Shown: positions 39,006 through 51,172, counted from the stretch's first letter. The stretch is DNA of 64,000 nucleotides from Trichodelitschia bisporula (GCA_010356995.1 ML996689.1:390691-454690); one strand, 5' to 3'. A program made the numbers and translations. Notes: generated from the letters alone by a model not told the origin.

Positions 39006-40717
39006 CCTACTCGTCTACTTAATGTAATAACATAGTTTTAAGCTTAATACCACCCGAGTTGTTCGTTGATGTCTCATTCCAGGTCAACAAGATGACCATC
39101 AAATCCGAACCCCGCCTCCCCGGACTTCAAGCCATGCTCCACGAGCGCCGCTGTCTCACTGACGATGTCATACTGACGAGGTCCTTTCTACCACCATCGT
39201 TTGTCGAAACTGGCGTGGCTGTCGGTAGGTATGGCTCGAAGTCGGTATTTGAGCTGTCCAATCAAATCGTGCACTTACATCCCTGCGACGATATTGCCTT
39301 CAACATTGAAGCGTCGGACGACCGCAGCTTTACGAATAGCTCGATCCCCACGCAATAAATGCGCTTAGAGGAGCTAGATATGCACTTACATGAGAGCCTC
39401 AACCCCTTCGCACGTGGCGGAACGCAAGCCGGAGCGGGAAGTTGCCATTCACCGAATCGATGCCCATGGCAGCACATCCCGCGCGGCGAAGCGCCTGGCG
39501 CTTAAGCAGGCGCAGTCGTCTACGGCACCAAAGGAAAGGCATTCGGAAACGACGAGATGAGCTTGAATGGGCCGCGGGTGCACTCCGCAGATATTAATCT
39601 CTCGCAGCGCTTCGCCGTGTCCTTGACATTCTGACTGTTACTACGTGCATAAGACTGGCGGCTGGTGACGCGAGGCTGGTGACTCCCAAACAACGTCACC
39701 GCGACCACATATCCTTGATATCAGTCGTAACAGGGACGGGATTCTGAAAACATCGGACGGATGTGGCTGCCGACGCTTGGTTTGAGTTGCCGGATGACGC
39801 GAAAGGACTTGAAGCCGTTTTCATTCAAGGTTGGAGCAGTAAAGCTCAAACGCGAACAAAGGCGACCCCTCTTGACTTCCTCGGAAGATGGCGGCAATTC
39901 AGGAGCTTTAAATAGCCGGAGTCGTACGTCATGGTTCCCGCGCACACCTCCAGGCGAAGTCCATGATGTTTCTCTCGGCTGTTAACACCGTGGCCAAGGA
40001 TCGCGTAATCACGGGACCTGGTGCTCCAACCTCCGTTGTTCTTGCCATTTCAACCCTTTGCTAACTTCACACACGGTCGCTTTGAGTCTCTGCTATCATC
40101 CTCATTCTATCACGGAACCTGAACTCCTCGCGAACTTTCTTGAACCTCAATCCAGGCATCTTCGGGTGCGAACTCATGGCACAGTCTACTGAAATATCCA
40201 AATGACGGGGCGCACAACCTTCAAAAGCACAGTTAGAGGAACCAAAAAAATTCCCAGGCCTTCCTTGCATGTTTCAAGTCGCGGAAAGCCAGTCAGTATC
40301 TGGCTGTTGGCCGTCAAAGGCCGGGCGCCAACAGGATGAAACTCCCCGAAGGCTATGCCGCCCCGGCGCTTAGCAGGCCGGACCTCCCTTGAGCCTCCTT
40401 CGGTTCCTGGTTGACAGCATCGATCTACAACGGCTGCTGCATCCAGCTGCGCCTCGCTGCGGTATCTTTCTTTTTCCCACTTGCGCCGCTGAATCCGGCA
40501 TTACGCGCTCTCCATGGCCCACCCATGTAGCGGCCGCTGTCGCTTGAGGCGCTCGTAAGCGCGGTTCCGACGCAAATGATATGCTCCGTACCGGCTTGCA
40601 GCGGTAATATTCATATTCACTCTGGCCCCATGGATGACCTGAGCAGGTGCTCTGAAATCCACTTTCTTTCACTGTTGTCGATTTTCATCCACAATTTCAT
40701 CGGGTCCCGGACACCCA

Positions 40718-42828
40718 ATGAACGCCCCAAAAATACATCAGGAGCCGGTCCCTCAAACTGCAAATATCGGCAACTCTCAAGACCATGATGAAAACTTCAC
40801 CAAAGAAGTGGAACCTCATAGTCACTTTCGGAATGCATTTCTGCGCAAGTACGGAACGGCCGATACCGACCTTGAGAGCAACTTCAAGAGAGCCGAGTCT
40901 GGAGCGTCAAAACTCTCCGTTGTCGGCGGACAAACTCATCGTTGGAGCGTGCTGTCAAGGTTGATAGTTGACTGGTGGCTTTGGGAGCTCTTGAGCTGGG
41001 TCATTGGCGCGCTTTCCTTTTGTGGGATCGCGCTCATTCTCGGCTATTTCGACAACCGGACTCTTTCCTCCAAAGGGCTCTTAGGCATAACGATCAATGC
41101 CTACATCTCAGTTCTTTCTGCTATTGGGAAATTCGCTCTTGCTGTACCGGTGGAGGAGGCATTGGGACAACTGAAGTGGTTATGGTTTTCGGCTGGACAA
41201 CCCCGGAAGCTCATCGACTTCGAGCGATTCGACGGCGCGAGCCGGGGTCCGTGGGGATCTTTCATGTTTCTTTTGCACATGAAAGGCCGGTAAGTTGACG
41301 GTGTGGAGCTTATGCTTGCTTTGAATAACATTTTCGAAGGTCCTTTGCCTCGCTAGGCGCGATTGTAACGTTGCTCTCACTTACCCTCGATCCCTTTTTC
41401 CAACAAGTGGTTACATTCCCGCAACGCCCGAGCATATACGGAAGGAGTATGCTGACACGGGTTGTGAGGTTCAACCCCATGGACGCCGTTACTCAGGATG
41501 CCACGGACCACAATACGACGATTATTTCTCCCGACGGTCGCTTGGACGAGGCTATTGGACCGTATTTCTTAGGTAATCCATCCGTGCCGCCGGTCAACAG
41601 CTTTTGTCCGTCAGGGACGTGTACGTGGCCCAAGTTCGATACTCTTGCATTGTGCGGAGCCTGCGAGGATATTGGAAACCTCCTTACTTTTGATTGTCTC
41701 TACGAATCCGGAGATTGGCGGTCCGATCAAAGTTCGTACCTCAACAGCTCTTATGGTGTTACGTGGGTCGACGCCAAGGGTAACCCTACCTCGAAAACAC
41801 CGGCAGGAATGTCCTGTGGCTATTTTCTTAATGCCACCAGCGACAATCCCATCATGATGACCGGGTATGCTCTTTCTTCAAACAATTCCGCCTCGAAGAC
41901 GGTCGGCCAAGGGCTGCTTATGCGTCAACTTCCACTCCGACATGGACTCTCAACGGAGACAAAATGGGGCGGGTCCATTCATTTTCCAAACACCAGTCAG
42001 CCCATAATCGATTTCATCACTGTTGCTACGGAAGACGGGACTTCAGTCTACGCCAACAAAACCCCAGTCGCCCACGAATGCATGCTGCAATGGTGCGTCA
42101 AAACTATTGCGGCCTCCTCTTCAAATGGGGAGTATAAGGAAGAAGTTGTTTCAACCTTCGTGGATGGCTCCGGGCCTCTGGATGGCTGGCATCCGTTCTT
42201 CAGAGATGGGATCGTCAGGCAACACTATTCCCTGAACGTCACCTTGACCCCGCCTGGTCAAAATGACACTTTCTGGGTCTCAAACTTGACCATGTTCCAG
42301 CAGATGGTCCTATTCAATCTTGCTCTCCCAAGCTACTTGACAGTGGATGATCCCTCCACTACTCCAATCCTTCGGTATTCCAACATCCTCCGGAACTATC
42401 CGGCCTTGAAGAAGACACCCAATGACCCGTGGCTGCCTCCCACCAACATTAGTCAACATTTTGAAAACATGGCCACGAGCATGGACCGAGCTCTGCGGTC
42501 ATATCCTAATACGACAGAGAAGGTTTTCGGCACTGGAAGTTTTGAGACGTACGTCCACATTCGATGGGCATGGCTCACCTTACCATTCATCGTCCTGCTT
42601 TTGAGCTCTTTGTTCCTTTTTGTAACTATCCTAGAGAGCTGTCGGCGGAGAGATGTGGGCATCTGGAAGACTTCTTCGTTGGCAACATTGGCATATGGGC
42701 TTTCGGATGATGCGAAGGACGAGCTTGGCTCGTCCCGGAGTATGCTGGAGCTGATAGAGAAGGCCAATGGGATGGAAGTGTCGGCCATGCCAGGGGAAAA
42801 TGCGAGGCTGACCCCAAAGTTTAAATGA
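40718..42828 (+). CDS. DUF3176-family membrane protein, paralog A
   Basis: WWLWELLS, EALGQLKWLWF, DFERFDGASRGPWGS, LDPFFQQ, CPSGTCTW and C-terminal TM with IWKTSSLATL. Phase-2 intron 41290-41339. Confidence 0.85.
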
Positions 42829-43924
42829 ATAGATCTACTTGTACCATATCTGGAGGCTTAATACTCAATATCACCATCATCATCAAGAAAGCACCTGAGA
42901 TAATGCCTACGGAGGTTCCTCTCGTGCTCTGCAAAAAAATTCAACTGGCTTTTTGTACACTCAGAGCGACGGATTTGGGACTCACAACGGACAAAAACAT
43001 GCGCAATCTACTGTACCCAAGACCAAATCCCTTTACGCAATGCAAAGATATAGAATGATTTGACTTTCGCACTGGAGAATACGATTGCAGACCCTGAAGA
43101 TCAAATCTTAATCCAACAGTTTCTCTTTGTTGGCGCGGCTCTTCTTGATTAACTTCCCACAATTGAAGATCGAGGACTCACGTGGTTGTGACTTCCACTT
43201 CAAGTACCGTATACGCGCGCATGAGCTGATCCCCACCTTCCTCCCAGCCTGCGCTGCCACGTGCTGCTTCATGAGCCGCAATGTTTCCGAACATCAACCT
43301 GAAACGCGAAACGACGGCCTGAAAAGGGCGGGACTTCCCTGTAACACGTATGACAGTTTGATGGATAGTCGTGTTGGATCGATCAGCGCTTAACGCGCAG
43401 CTGTCGGAAGGCGCCTGCTGGAAGCTGATTCGGCTTGCTGGCCAGTGCACCGCTGAGCCGCATCCGCTGCGCTTGGAACGTGATTTTCATTCGCCGAACG
43501 CGCCCAGGCTGCAGGGTAATTGTCCATAATTAGTGAGCCGACCTATTTCCTTTCCTGGCTGTTTTATGTTTCAAACGCCCACCTTCACTTGATCCGAATT
43601 CCGATGCATCATGCTCCATTGATAGAAATGCCCGGTAGGGCAGTGTGGGCCACCATGCGGTGCACTCCGTACATATGGCCCGAGCAATCGAAGGCGATTG
43701 ATGTGTAGTTGAGATTTTGGTCCTTTCCATCGGTTTTTCTTTCTCGGTTTTCATGGCATGGTGAGTACCTCGAAATCCCTCTGGCCAAGAGAGACAGTGA
43801 GTACTAACGCGAAGAACAGCCAATATTAATACTTTCTCCGCACTCTCATGATTTTTTCCTTGTCACCTGTAACCTGTTGGTCAGATTCATTAGTTCCCGC
43901 TCGTACATCCCCCTCAACCATTTC

Positions 43925-46145
43925 ATGTCGACCGGTGTGAACGACGGATCTGGGTTCCAACCTACCGTCGGCCGTTATGCAGGACATAACGGTCCCTATC
44001 TTCAGACTACTCCTCAGCTCCCCCGTCTTCCACCTCTCCCAGTCCCTCAGGAGCCAGCTCTCACGTTGAGCCGACACCATCTGTTCGGACCGACTCGGGA
44101 GAGGCTTGCCGTTCCCGCCCCCGATCATGCAACGACCCTGCCACCTCCCAGTTCCCCACATTACCGACAGCAAGGATGGCCGGCCCGGGAATTCCAGTTC
44201 TTGGGCAACACTACCAATGCTATTCCCTATTCCCAGCGTTACAATCCGGTTTCGAGCCCCCCCCCGCGATCGACTCGGTTGGTGCAGGGCATCCGACGGT
44301 TCGTCATCAAGTACATCGTGGAATGGTGGTTGTTGGAAATCCTCAGCTGGATTTTCAGTGCGCTATGCATGAGTGCCATTTTTGGCGTCTTGTTGTACTA
44401 TGCTGGGCGCAAGATTCCCAATTGGCCGCTTGGTATTACAATCAATGGCTTCATTTCCGTCTTTTCAGGTCTTGCGAAGGCCGCTTTGTTACTGCCGACA
44501 GCAGAGGCCTTGGGTCAACTGAAATGGAATTGGTTTCGTGACGGCAAGAGACCCATGATTGATTTTGAAAGAATCGACATGGCAAGCAGAGGACCGTGGG
44601 GTGCCTTCATTCTCCTGGGGCGGATGAGAGGAATGTACGTATCCGGCTCTGACACCATAGGCCCGGTTGAAGTGCTGACCTCTGATTTTGAATAGGACTC
44701 TCCCCTCGATTGGCGCCGCCATCGTGCTCCTGGCCCCTCCGCTAGACATTTTCTTCCAACAAATGGTGTCATACCCATCAGCGTTCGTTCCGGGGCCTAC
44801 CAATGGCACGATCTCTCGAGTCCTCGCGTATGATCCTCTAGATGGAGTGAACTTCAGGAACGGCGTCAAAAAAATCCTTCCGCCTCGAGACTACTCCTTC
44901 GCGGAACAACTGCTCTTCACCAACGGCAGCGCTTTGGAGCCGAATTTCAATTGCCCAACAAGCAACTGCACCTGGGAGCCATTCGAGACCCTAGGTGTTT
45001 GCAGCAAATGCGCCGACGTATCCCAGGACGTGTACTTTCGATGTCAAAATGGAACCGGGGAGTGGATGAGCAACGTTTCATCCACGGATCCGTATCCAAA
45101 TGTGGCAATGTGTGGATACTTTCTGAACCTTCCGAAAAGCCCACCAGTGTTTCTCAGTGGCTACGCTGTTGACGCCAGTGGAAAGCCGGGAGAGGCTATG
45201 TCCACACAGATCCTGTCGTTCTCCAACACATCCTCGCGGCTCCCGCTGTATGGAGGATCCATGCGCTTCAAGTATGTCCGGAGTCCAATCTGGGATCTGC
45301 TAGTGTCAGGGACGCCTGGAGGGATTGCTGGTGCGTATGGGGCCGTAAAGCCAGAAGTGAATGAATGCATATTCTACTTCTGCGCAAAAACGGTCCAATC
45401 CGGAGCGTACTGGGGACGCCTGAGTGAGAATGTCGCTAAAGAAGTTCCCTTGGATGCTTCGGAACCATATCCATGGATCGTCGTGGATCCAGTAAAGAAT
45501 CTTGTGCGATACCTGGCCGAATTTAACTTGGAACTTCCTTCGCATGGAGACCAAGCAGCGCTCCAGAACAACACGTTTTTCGTCTCCAACCTGACGGCTG
45601 TGAAAACTGCCTTGCTCATCGATGAAATTGCACCTTCTTATGTCACTGCACTGAACGCGTCAGTAGCCCCGCTTCTGAAGTACGACAATGCCTTAAGGTT
45701 TGGAGGATCTCTCATTGAGGCCAACCCACAAACCAATCCTTGGATGCCGCCGAACAACATTACCGCACATGCCGAACGCCTGGCCGCGACTTTAACATCG
45801 ACCTTTCGGAACACAAGAGAAGGAGAGGGTGATGTGGAAATGGTGTTGGGGATTGCCTGGGAAGAGAAAACGTTCATCAGCTTCAGATGGGTTTGGTTCA
45901 TCATGCCTGTTGCGCTGTTATTTTTTAGTCTCATATTCCTTGTCGCAACGGTCATTCGGAGCTCTCGGGATGAACCAGATGTCGGGATTTTGAAAACTTC
46001 GACAATAGCCGTTCTTTTCAATGGACTGGGCAAGGATGTGCAGGAAGAAGTGAGACCGAATTGTCCGATAAGTGAAGTGAAGGCTCGGGCCCGGGAATTG
46101 AAGGTGACATTGCGGGCTTCAGGAATTTCGACGCCGGGGCTCTAG
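43925..46145 (+). CDS. DUF3176-family membrane protein, paralog B
   Basis: WWLLEILS, EALGQLKWNWF, DFERIDMASRGPWGA, LDIFFQQ, CPTSNCTW and C-terminal TM with ILKTSTIAVL. Phase-2 intron 44635-44695 at the same position as in paralog A. Confidence 0.85.
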
Positions 46146-46830
46146 GCGCTTGTTGTGTGTAGAGTGCAGGGTGGCAGCCATATTTTTGACTTTAGACATT
46201 AGAGCGGAGTATCCGGGCTCTTCAGGCGAGGTACACGGTTTGGGTCATGGGCAGGCTCGACGGAGAGCTCTGGATAGTTAATAATTATGACTGATGAATG
46301 ATGAACGAGAATTGGGATCACACAAGTTAGCTTTTTCGGACAAAGTGATCATGGTAGAATGACATACCTCATGACATGGGAGTAAAACACCTTCGCAATC
46401 CACATCGTGATTGCGAATGAAGACGCAAAGCAAGGCAGCGCACGGAACTAGGTCACGCTTGGGATCAGTAGAAGCAGAACGAGGCAGCTGGAAGCTGGGA
46501 TTGCCGGCAATGTTGGTGAGCCAGGTTTCACTTCCGGAACAGAACGTGGACGTTTGGGACGAAGGCGTGATGAATTCCCAGAACCCAATCCTATCGTACA
46601 AAAGACTCCAAAAACGGCCTTGTAGTCCCGAGTGAAGAAATCTGCTACCCGATCGAGGGCGGAGAAGGTGATGGAAAAGGAATAGGAAGCCAATTAACGG
46701 GCGTGGAAGCCGGCTCAGCACACTACGAATACGCGTTCTGTCAAAGATTAGTAAGAGGTACGGCGCATCGGCAATAGGGGGTCAGGCATACCTCTCTTTC
46801 AGCCTCAATTGCACCCCATCGTTGAGCATC

Positions 46831-47776
46831 TCATTCCTGATCAAGCGCTCTTTTACCGACTAGAGGCAGGTTAGCGCACAGAATTCGAAGGGCACGGCGG
46901 CAACTGACATCCTTGACCATCCTGACCCTGAGCAAGACCACGCTTCCCGACTTGGGGTCCCGTTAGCATCGGACATTCCGAGGGGCTGGAAACTCGCTTA
47001 CAGCCTTGCCCATCTTGCCCCTGTGCAAGTGAGCGCTTTCCGACTAGGAGCGCCGTTAGCATCAGAAACTTGGAGGGGCTGGAACCTGCTTACAGCCTTG
47101 ACCATCTTGACCCTGAGCAAGACCACGCTTCCCGACTTGGATCCCGTTAGCACCAGACATGTCGAGGGGCTGGAACTTGCTTACAGCCCTGACCATCTTG
47201 ACCTTGAGCAAGACCACGCTTCCCGACTTGGGTCCCATTAGCACCAGACATGTCGAGGGGCCGGAACTTGCTTACAGCCTTGACCATCTTGACCTTGAGC
47301 AAGACCCCGCTTCCCAACTTCGGGCGCCGTTAGCATCATGGAGCCGAAGGGCTGAAACCTCGCTTACAGCCTTGACCATCTTGACCTTGATCAAGACCTC
47401 GCTTCCCGACTTTGGGTCCCATTAGCAACAGACATTTCGAAGGCTGGAAAGTCACTTACAGCCTTGTCCATCTTGCCCCTGCGTAAGAGAGCGCTTCCCA
47501 ACTGAAGCATCCCGTTAACGTTGAGCACTATAATGGCCTCGATAGCCTACAGCCTTGACCGTCCTGCCCTTGGGCTAGACCCCGCTTCTCCCCTGAGACT
47601 CTGGTCAGTGTCCTCCATTAAGAGGGATAATGGGACGGCCTACAGGATATACCATTATCGGGGTTAGAAAGGAGATCCCGCGTAACGACGGGGGCGATGG
47701 TACTTGGGACCGGAGCCGCAAAAGCGGAGGATGCAAAAAACGCGGAAAGAACGACAACAACAGCTGAGAAGCGCAT
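46831..47776 (-). CDS. Secreted Kex2-processed repeat protein (KEP; peptide precursor), 165 aa, 10 exons
   Basis: Exons: 47776-47644, 47592-47551, 47501-47460, 47409-47368, 47317-47276, 47226-47185, 47135-47094, 47043-47002, 46950-46909, 46859-46831. All nine introns are 49-51 nt GT...AG with a branch-like site. Spliced product: MRFSAVVVVLSAFFASSAFAAPVPSTIAPVVTRDLLSNPDNGISWEKR-([G/S]L[A/T/D]QGQDGQGFGKR)x8-ALDQE*. Confidence 0.88.
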
Positions 47777-49637
47777 ATTGATAGTGAGAAATGGAGCACA
47801 GTAAGTTTTTCAAAGTTCAATGAATGTGGAGGTCCGACCAGCGGCTGTATCAAGTTCTAGCTTGAGGATGAGTTGATAGGCGAGTAAATTGCTTGCTCTT
47901 GGATAGTCTAGACACAGAAGCGGTACCTTGAAAGTTTATACCTTCAATTCCATGGTGTTGGTAGCCCACACGCCGGCCCAGGAGAATCACCGCATGGAGA
48001 AAACATCGATCTGACTCCAAAAACAGCATCACCTGCTTCATCAACCGCTCGCCTGCACTCATGATGCAATCCTTCCTACCACAGCGTCTACATACACCAC
48101 TTCAGATTCGCCGGTGGACCTGTCACTGTCTCTCCACGCGCGTCCAGTCGGGTAACCACCAGCGATAGCCGCCAGAGGAGTCAACGCCGCGTCGAAGAGC
48201 CGCAAGAATCGACTCCGTACGTGGAGGCGTAGCACCATCCGCCGCACTAGACGCCGTGGAGAACACGGCACCTCTCCGGAAGACCAGAAAACGGCTCTTA
48301 GGGCTGCACTTATTCGCCGCCATGCATCGAGACTCGCCGCTCGAAACGGCCGCCGCCGGTTACGCAAGGCTCGATGCCCATTCGGGAGGGGGATCATTGG
48401 GCGAGGGGCATTGGGACGCGTCAATGTGAAATGAGAGTGATGTCTTGCTCGGGTGTACCGTACGTGCGATGTGCTCCACCCCGGTAACAGGCTAGGTTCG
48501 GGTGTTCCTTGCAGTAGGCGTCGTGAGCAACGGCGCTTATTGGCATGATTTGCATAGCGGCTGCAGAAGTGTGGCCTCAGTGGGCATGCAGCAGTCTGCG
48601 GACCCAACCCCGCATACCCCGGTCACCCGCTGAACGCTCGCGCATGAACACCAGGGCCAGGTCCGAAGGTAGGGATCTGGACGGGCAGCGTCCAAGAACT
48701 GCAGAGGACATGGAGGGGGTTGAAACTCTTAGTTGATTATGATCCTGGATTCCATGTTCGGCTGGTCGTGTGCACTGGTGTTTGGGAACCTCTCATGTGA
48801 TGGTTACAGTGGAAGTGGAAGCCATAGGTGCAAGCGCAGCCGGTGGCGGTGCGTTAGGTTCAATTTTCCCGCTGGGGCTGCACTTCGGGAAAGCCTTCAA
48901 GCCATGGCTTGCCTTGAGCATCTGGAATTCCATAGAGCCGAGCGCGACGCGCCGTGCGGGGTTATCACTTTTCGTTCGTGGGGGCAGCCGACAGTCGCAC
49001 ATACATCCAAACTTCGTAGAGCCAATACAGCCGAAAAGGACCTACTCGTCTCTAGTTAGCCGAAGGATATTGTAAGGGGAATGGCACTCAGAGAGCAGCA
49101 ATTGGACTGGGAGTGGTGAGGAGTGGTGAGAAGTTCAGTCAGTCGTGGTTTGATTAAGGGAAGGGGGGGTCTCATCCCATCCAATCACCAGGCGCGGGAC
49201 CCTTGGCTTGGCTGCAACTTCCCGCCGCCCGCAGCGCGCGGGTCTACCTCGTCAACCAACGAGATGCGCCACAAGGCTTTGGGCGAGAATGCTCCAATGG
49301 ACAAGGCCAAATCCCTCTAAGGACTGGATGGAATGCGTACCACCATCGCAAGTATACCCTCTTCGCGCATGAAGGATACACTGTAGCTCTAGTCATATGA
49401 CGCTAATCGCGAAATCCGTGAATAGATTGTGTCGGCTGTTCTGTGTGAAGCAGGCCTGATTCACCCGGCTGTTTGGCAGAGAGTGGCCCGACGCGATCCG
49501 AGTTTGAAACGAGACTCTCTTTTCAGCGAGAGCCTTGCTGCTTGCTGGGTAACACAGCAGCAGCGTCTTTTTTTCTTGCAGTGCCGCATCCTGTGCCTGC
49601 ATTGTGTGACTTCTTCACGCCTTTCGTGAGGTTGACC

Positions 49638-50162
49638 ATGTCATCCGGAGTCATCGCAACACCCGGCATCTTTGGCTTCCCCCGTTGGAAACACAAGAAA
49701 CCGGCCACCCTCAAACCCGCCACTCGACTTCCGCCAAAAGACGAGGTTGGTCTGACGCTTTGCCGCCACCCAGCGTGCTGCCAGTTATTCGACCCCGCAT
49801 CGCCCGCAAACGTCGACTTCTACGCGCACTCGACACACGGGCATCTGCCGCCGCGGCACCTGTGCCCGGCGCACGCCTTGCTCGCGCAGGACCGTGCCGC
49901 GAGCGCACACATCAGCCGGAGCAGCATCGCCAGCTCGAGCACAGAGGACAGTGTGGGAGACGAAGGCGGCGGCGAGGTCGCCTGCAACATGCCCTTCTAC
50001 TTCAGGCCAGTGGAAGCAGATGTGCGGTGGCGGACCGCGCGATCCGCAAGCTCGGTGGCCAGCGTGCGCGGCGATGCACCCAGCGCGATGCGCGAGAGTG
50101 ATGGTGGAGGCATGAGCGCGGGGCCCGTGAAGCGCACGGCCAGCCTCGCCAATCCGCCGTGA
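49638..50162 (+). CDS. Small hypothetical protein with possible Cys/His metal-binding motif
   Basis: ORF from MSSGVIATPG with coding-like GC3 bias. Contains CRHPACC...HLCPAH. Confidence 0.4.
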   Translation: MSSGVIATPGIFGFPRWKHKKPATLKPATRLPPKDEVGLTLCRHPACCQLFDPASPANVDFYAHSTHGHLPPRHLCPAHALLAQDRAASAHISRSSIASSSTEDSVGDEGGGEVACNMPFYFRPVEADVRWRTARSASSVASVRGDAPSAMRESDGGGMSAGPVKRTASLANPP

Positions 50163-51172
50163 CACCTCCCTCCGCACCATGGCGGGTACGAAGGTACCTA
50201 CGCGACGGAGGATCGCCGACGCTTGTGACCCCGCATCCTTCGGGCGTGCCCGCGATGGAGAGCAGAGCTTTCACCACCGGCGGAGAGAAAGACCGTCAAC
50301 CGCGGGGTTGCGGGGTACTTCTCCCTTTTGTGTGCATATCGGACCATCGACACCAATCGCTCTCAAGGCAGATTTCTGGTCGCCGGGGGGAGAGCTTCTG
50401 CGACAGTACCTGGTCGACAGCATTATGCTGGTGCGTAGGGCCTGGATCCGAACGCCATCGCGTCATTATCATGCCGAAGCAAGACAGCATAGTCGAGCTG
50501 CGAAGCTTTGTCCACTTCTGCTGCTTATGGTGGGGTTCTGATGGTCGGGTGGTGGTGTAGCGGTACGAGCTGAGTACGGAATTAGGCGCTGGGAAATGAA
50601 CTCGGCGGTTTCGAGACATTGAGCGTGACGCCGGAGGGGGTCGGCCGTGAGCGGGGACAGGCGGGGACGACGGGGGAACAGGCGGCTGGATAGAGCTAAC
50701 AATCAGTCGCTTGAACAATACAATAATCAAAGCATTCAGGGCTAGGACCAAGGGACAGGTTCATCTCACACTTTGATTGTTCTTCGAGCGCAAAGTACGC
50801 GCAAACCCCTCCTTCATCCCTCACTGCTGCATATTGCCCATGATGTCATGTGACTTAAGCGCTGACAACAACTGACCGAATCATTGATCGAACCATGCAA
50901 GGACCATCACCCGTCATTCTCAAGTTCGAAAGCTCTTGTTCATGAACTCTGTTGAAGTGGTCCATGAGACCGAAAGAGCAGTGCTCAAATGCATCCTGAT
51001 GGGTATCCCCTCTATATATTGACCACCAGGCCTCCAGCCCTACGGCTGCATGCACAGCCATTCCAAAAATACGATTTCTACAACGCATCGCGGTATGGAT
51101 CTCGGACAATGCCTCACCGTCTGCTGCGGCGGACATATCTGCCTAAACCATAGCCTACTCCGTTCTTGCGGT

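Noticed and set aside
39059..40672. Scattered short ORFs between Nur1 and DUF3176 paralog A
   Set aside because: All frames are interrupted by stops and contain no identifiable motifs.
46871..47244. ORF-track peptides reading GKRGLAQGQDGQGC (Cys-terminated repeats)
   Set aside because: The Cys codon (TGT) comes from reading into the GT donor. After splicing the residue is Phe.
46860..47643. CRISPR-like appearance (conserved 42-bp units separated by ~50-bp variable spacers)
   Set aside because: The spacers are mutually similar GT-AG introns with branch sites, the repeats vary mainly at synonymous codon positions, the genome is fungal and there are no cas genes.
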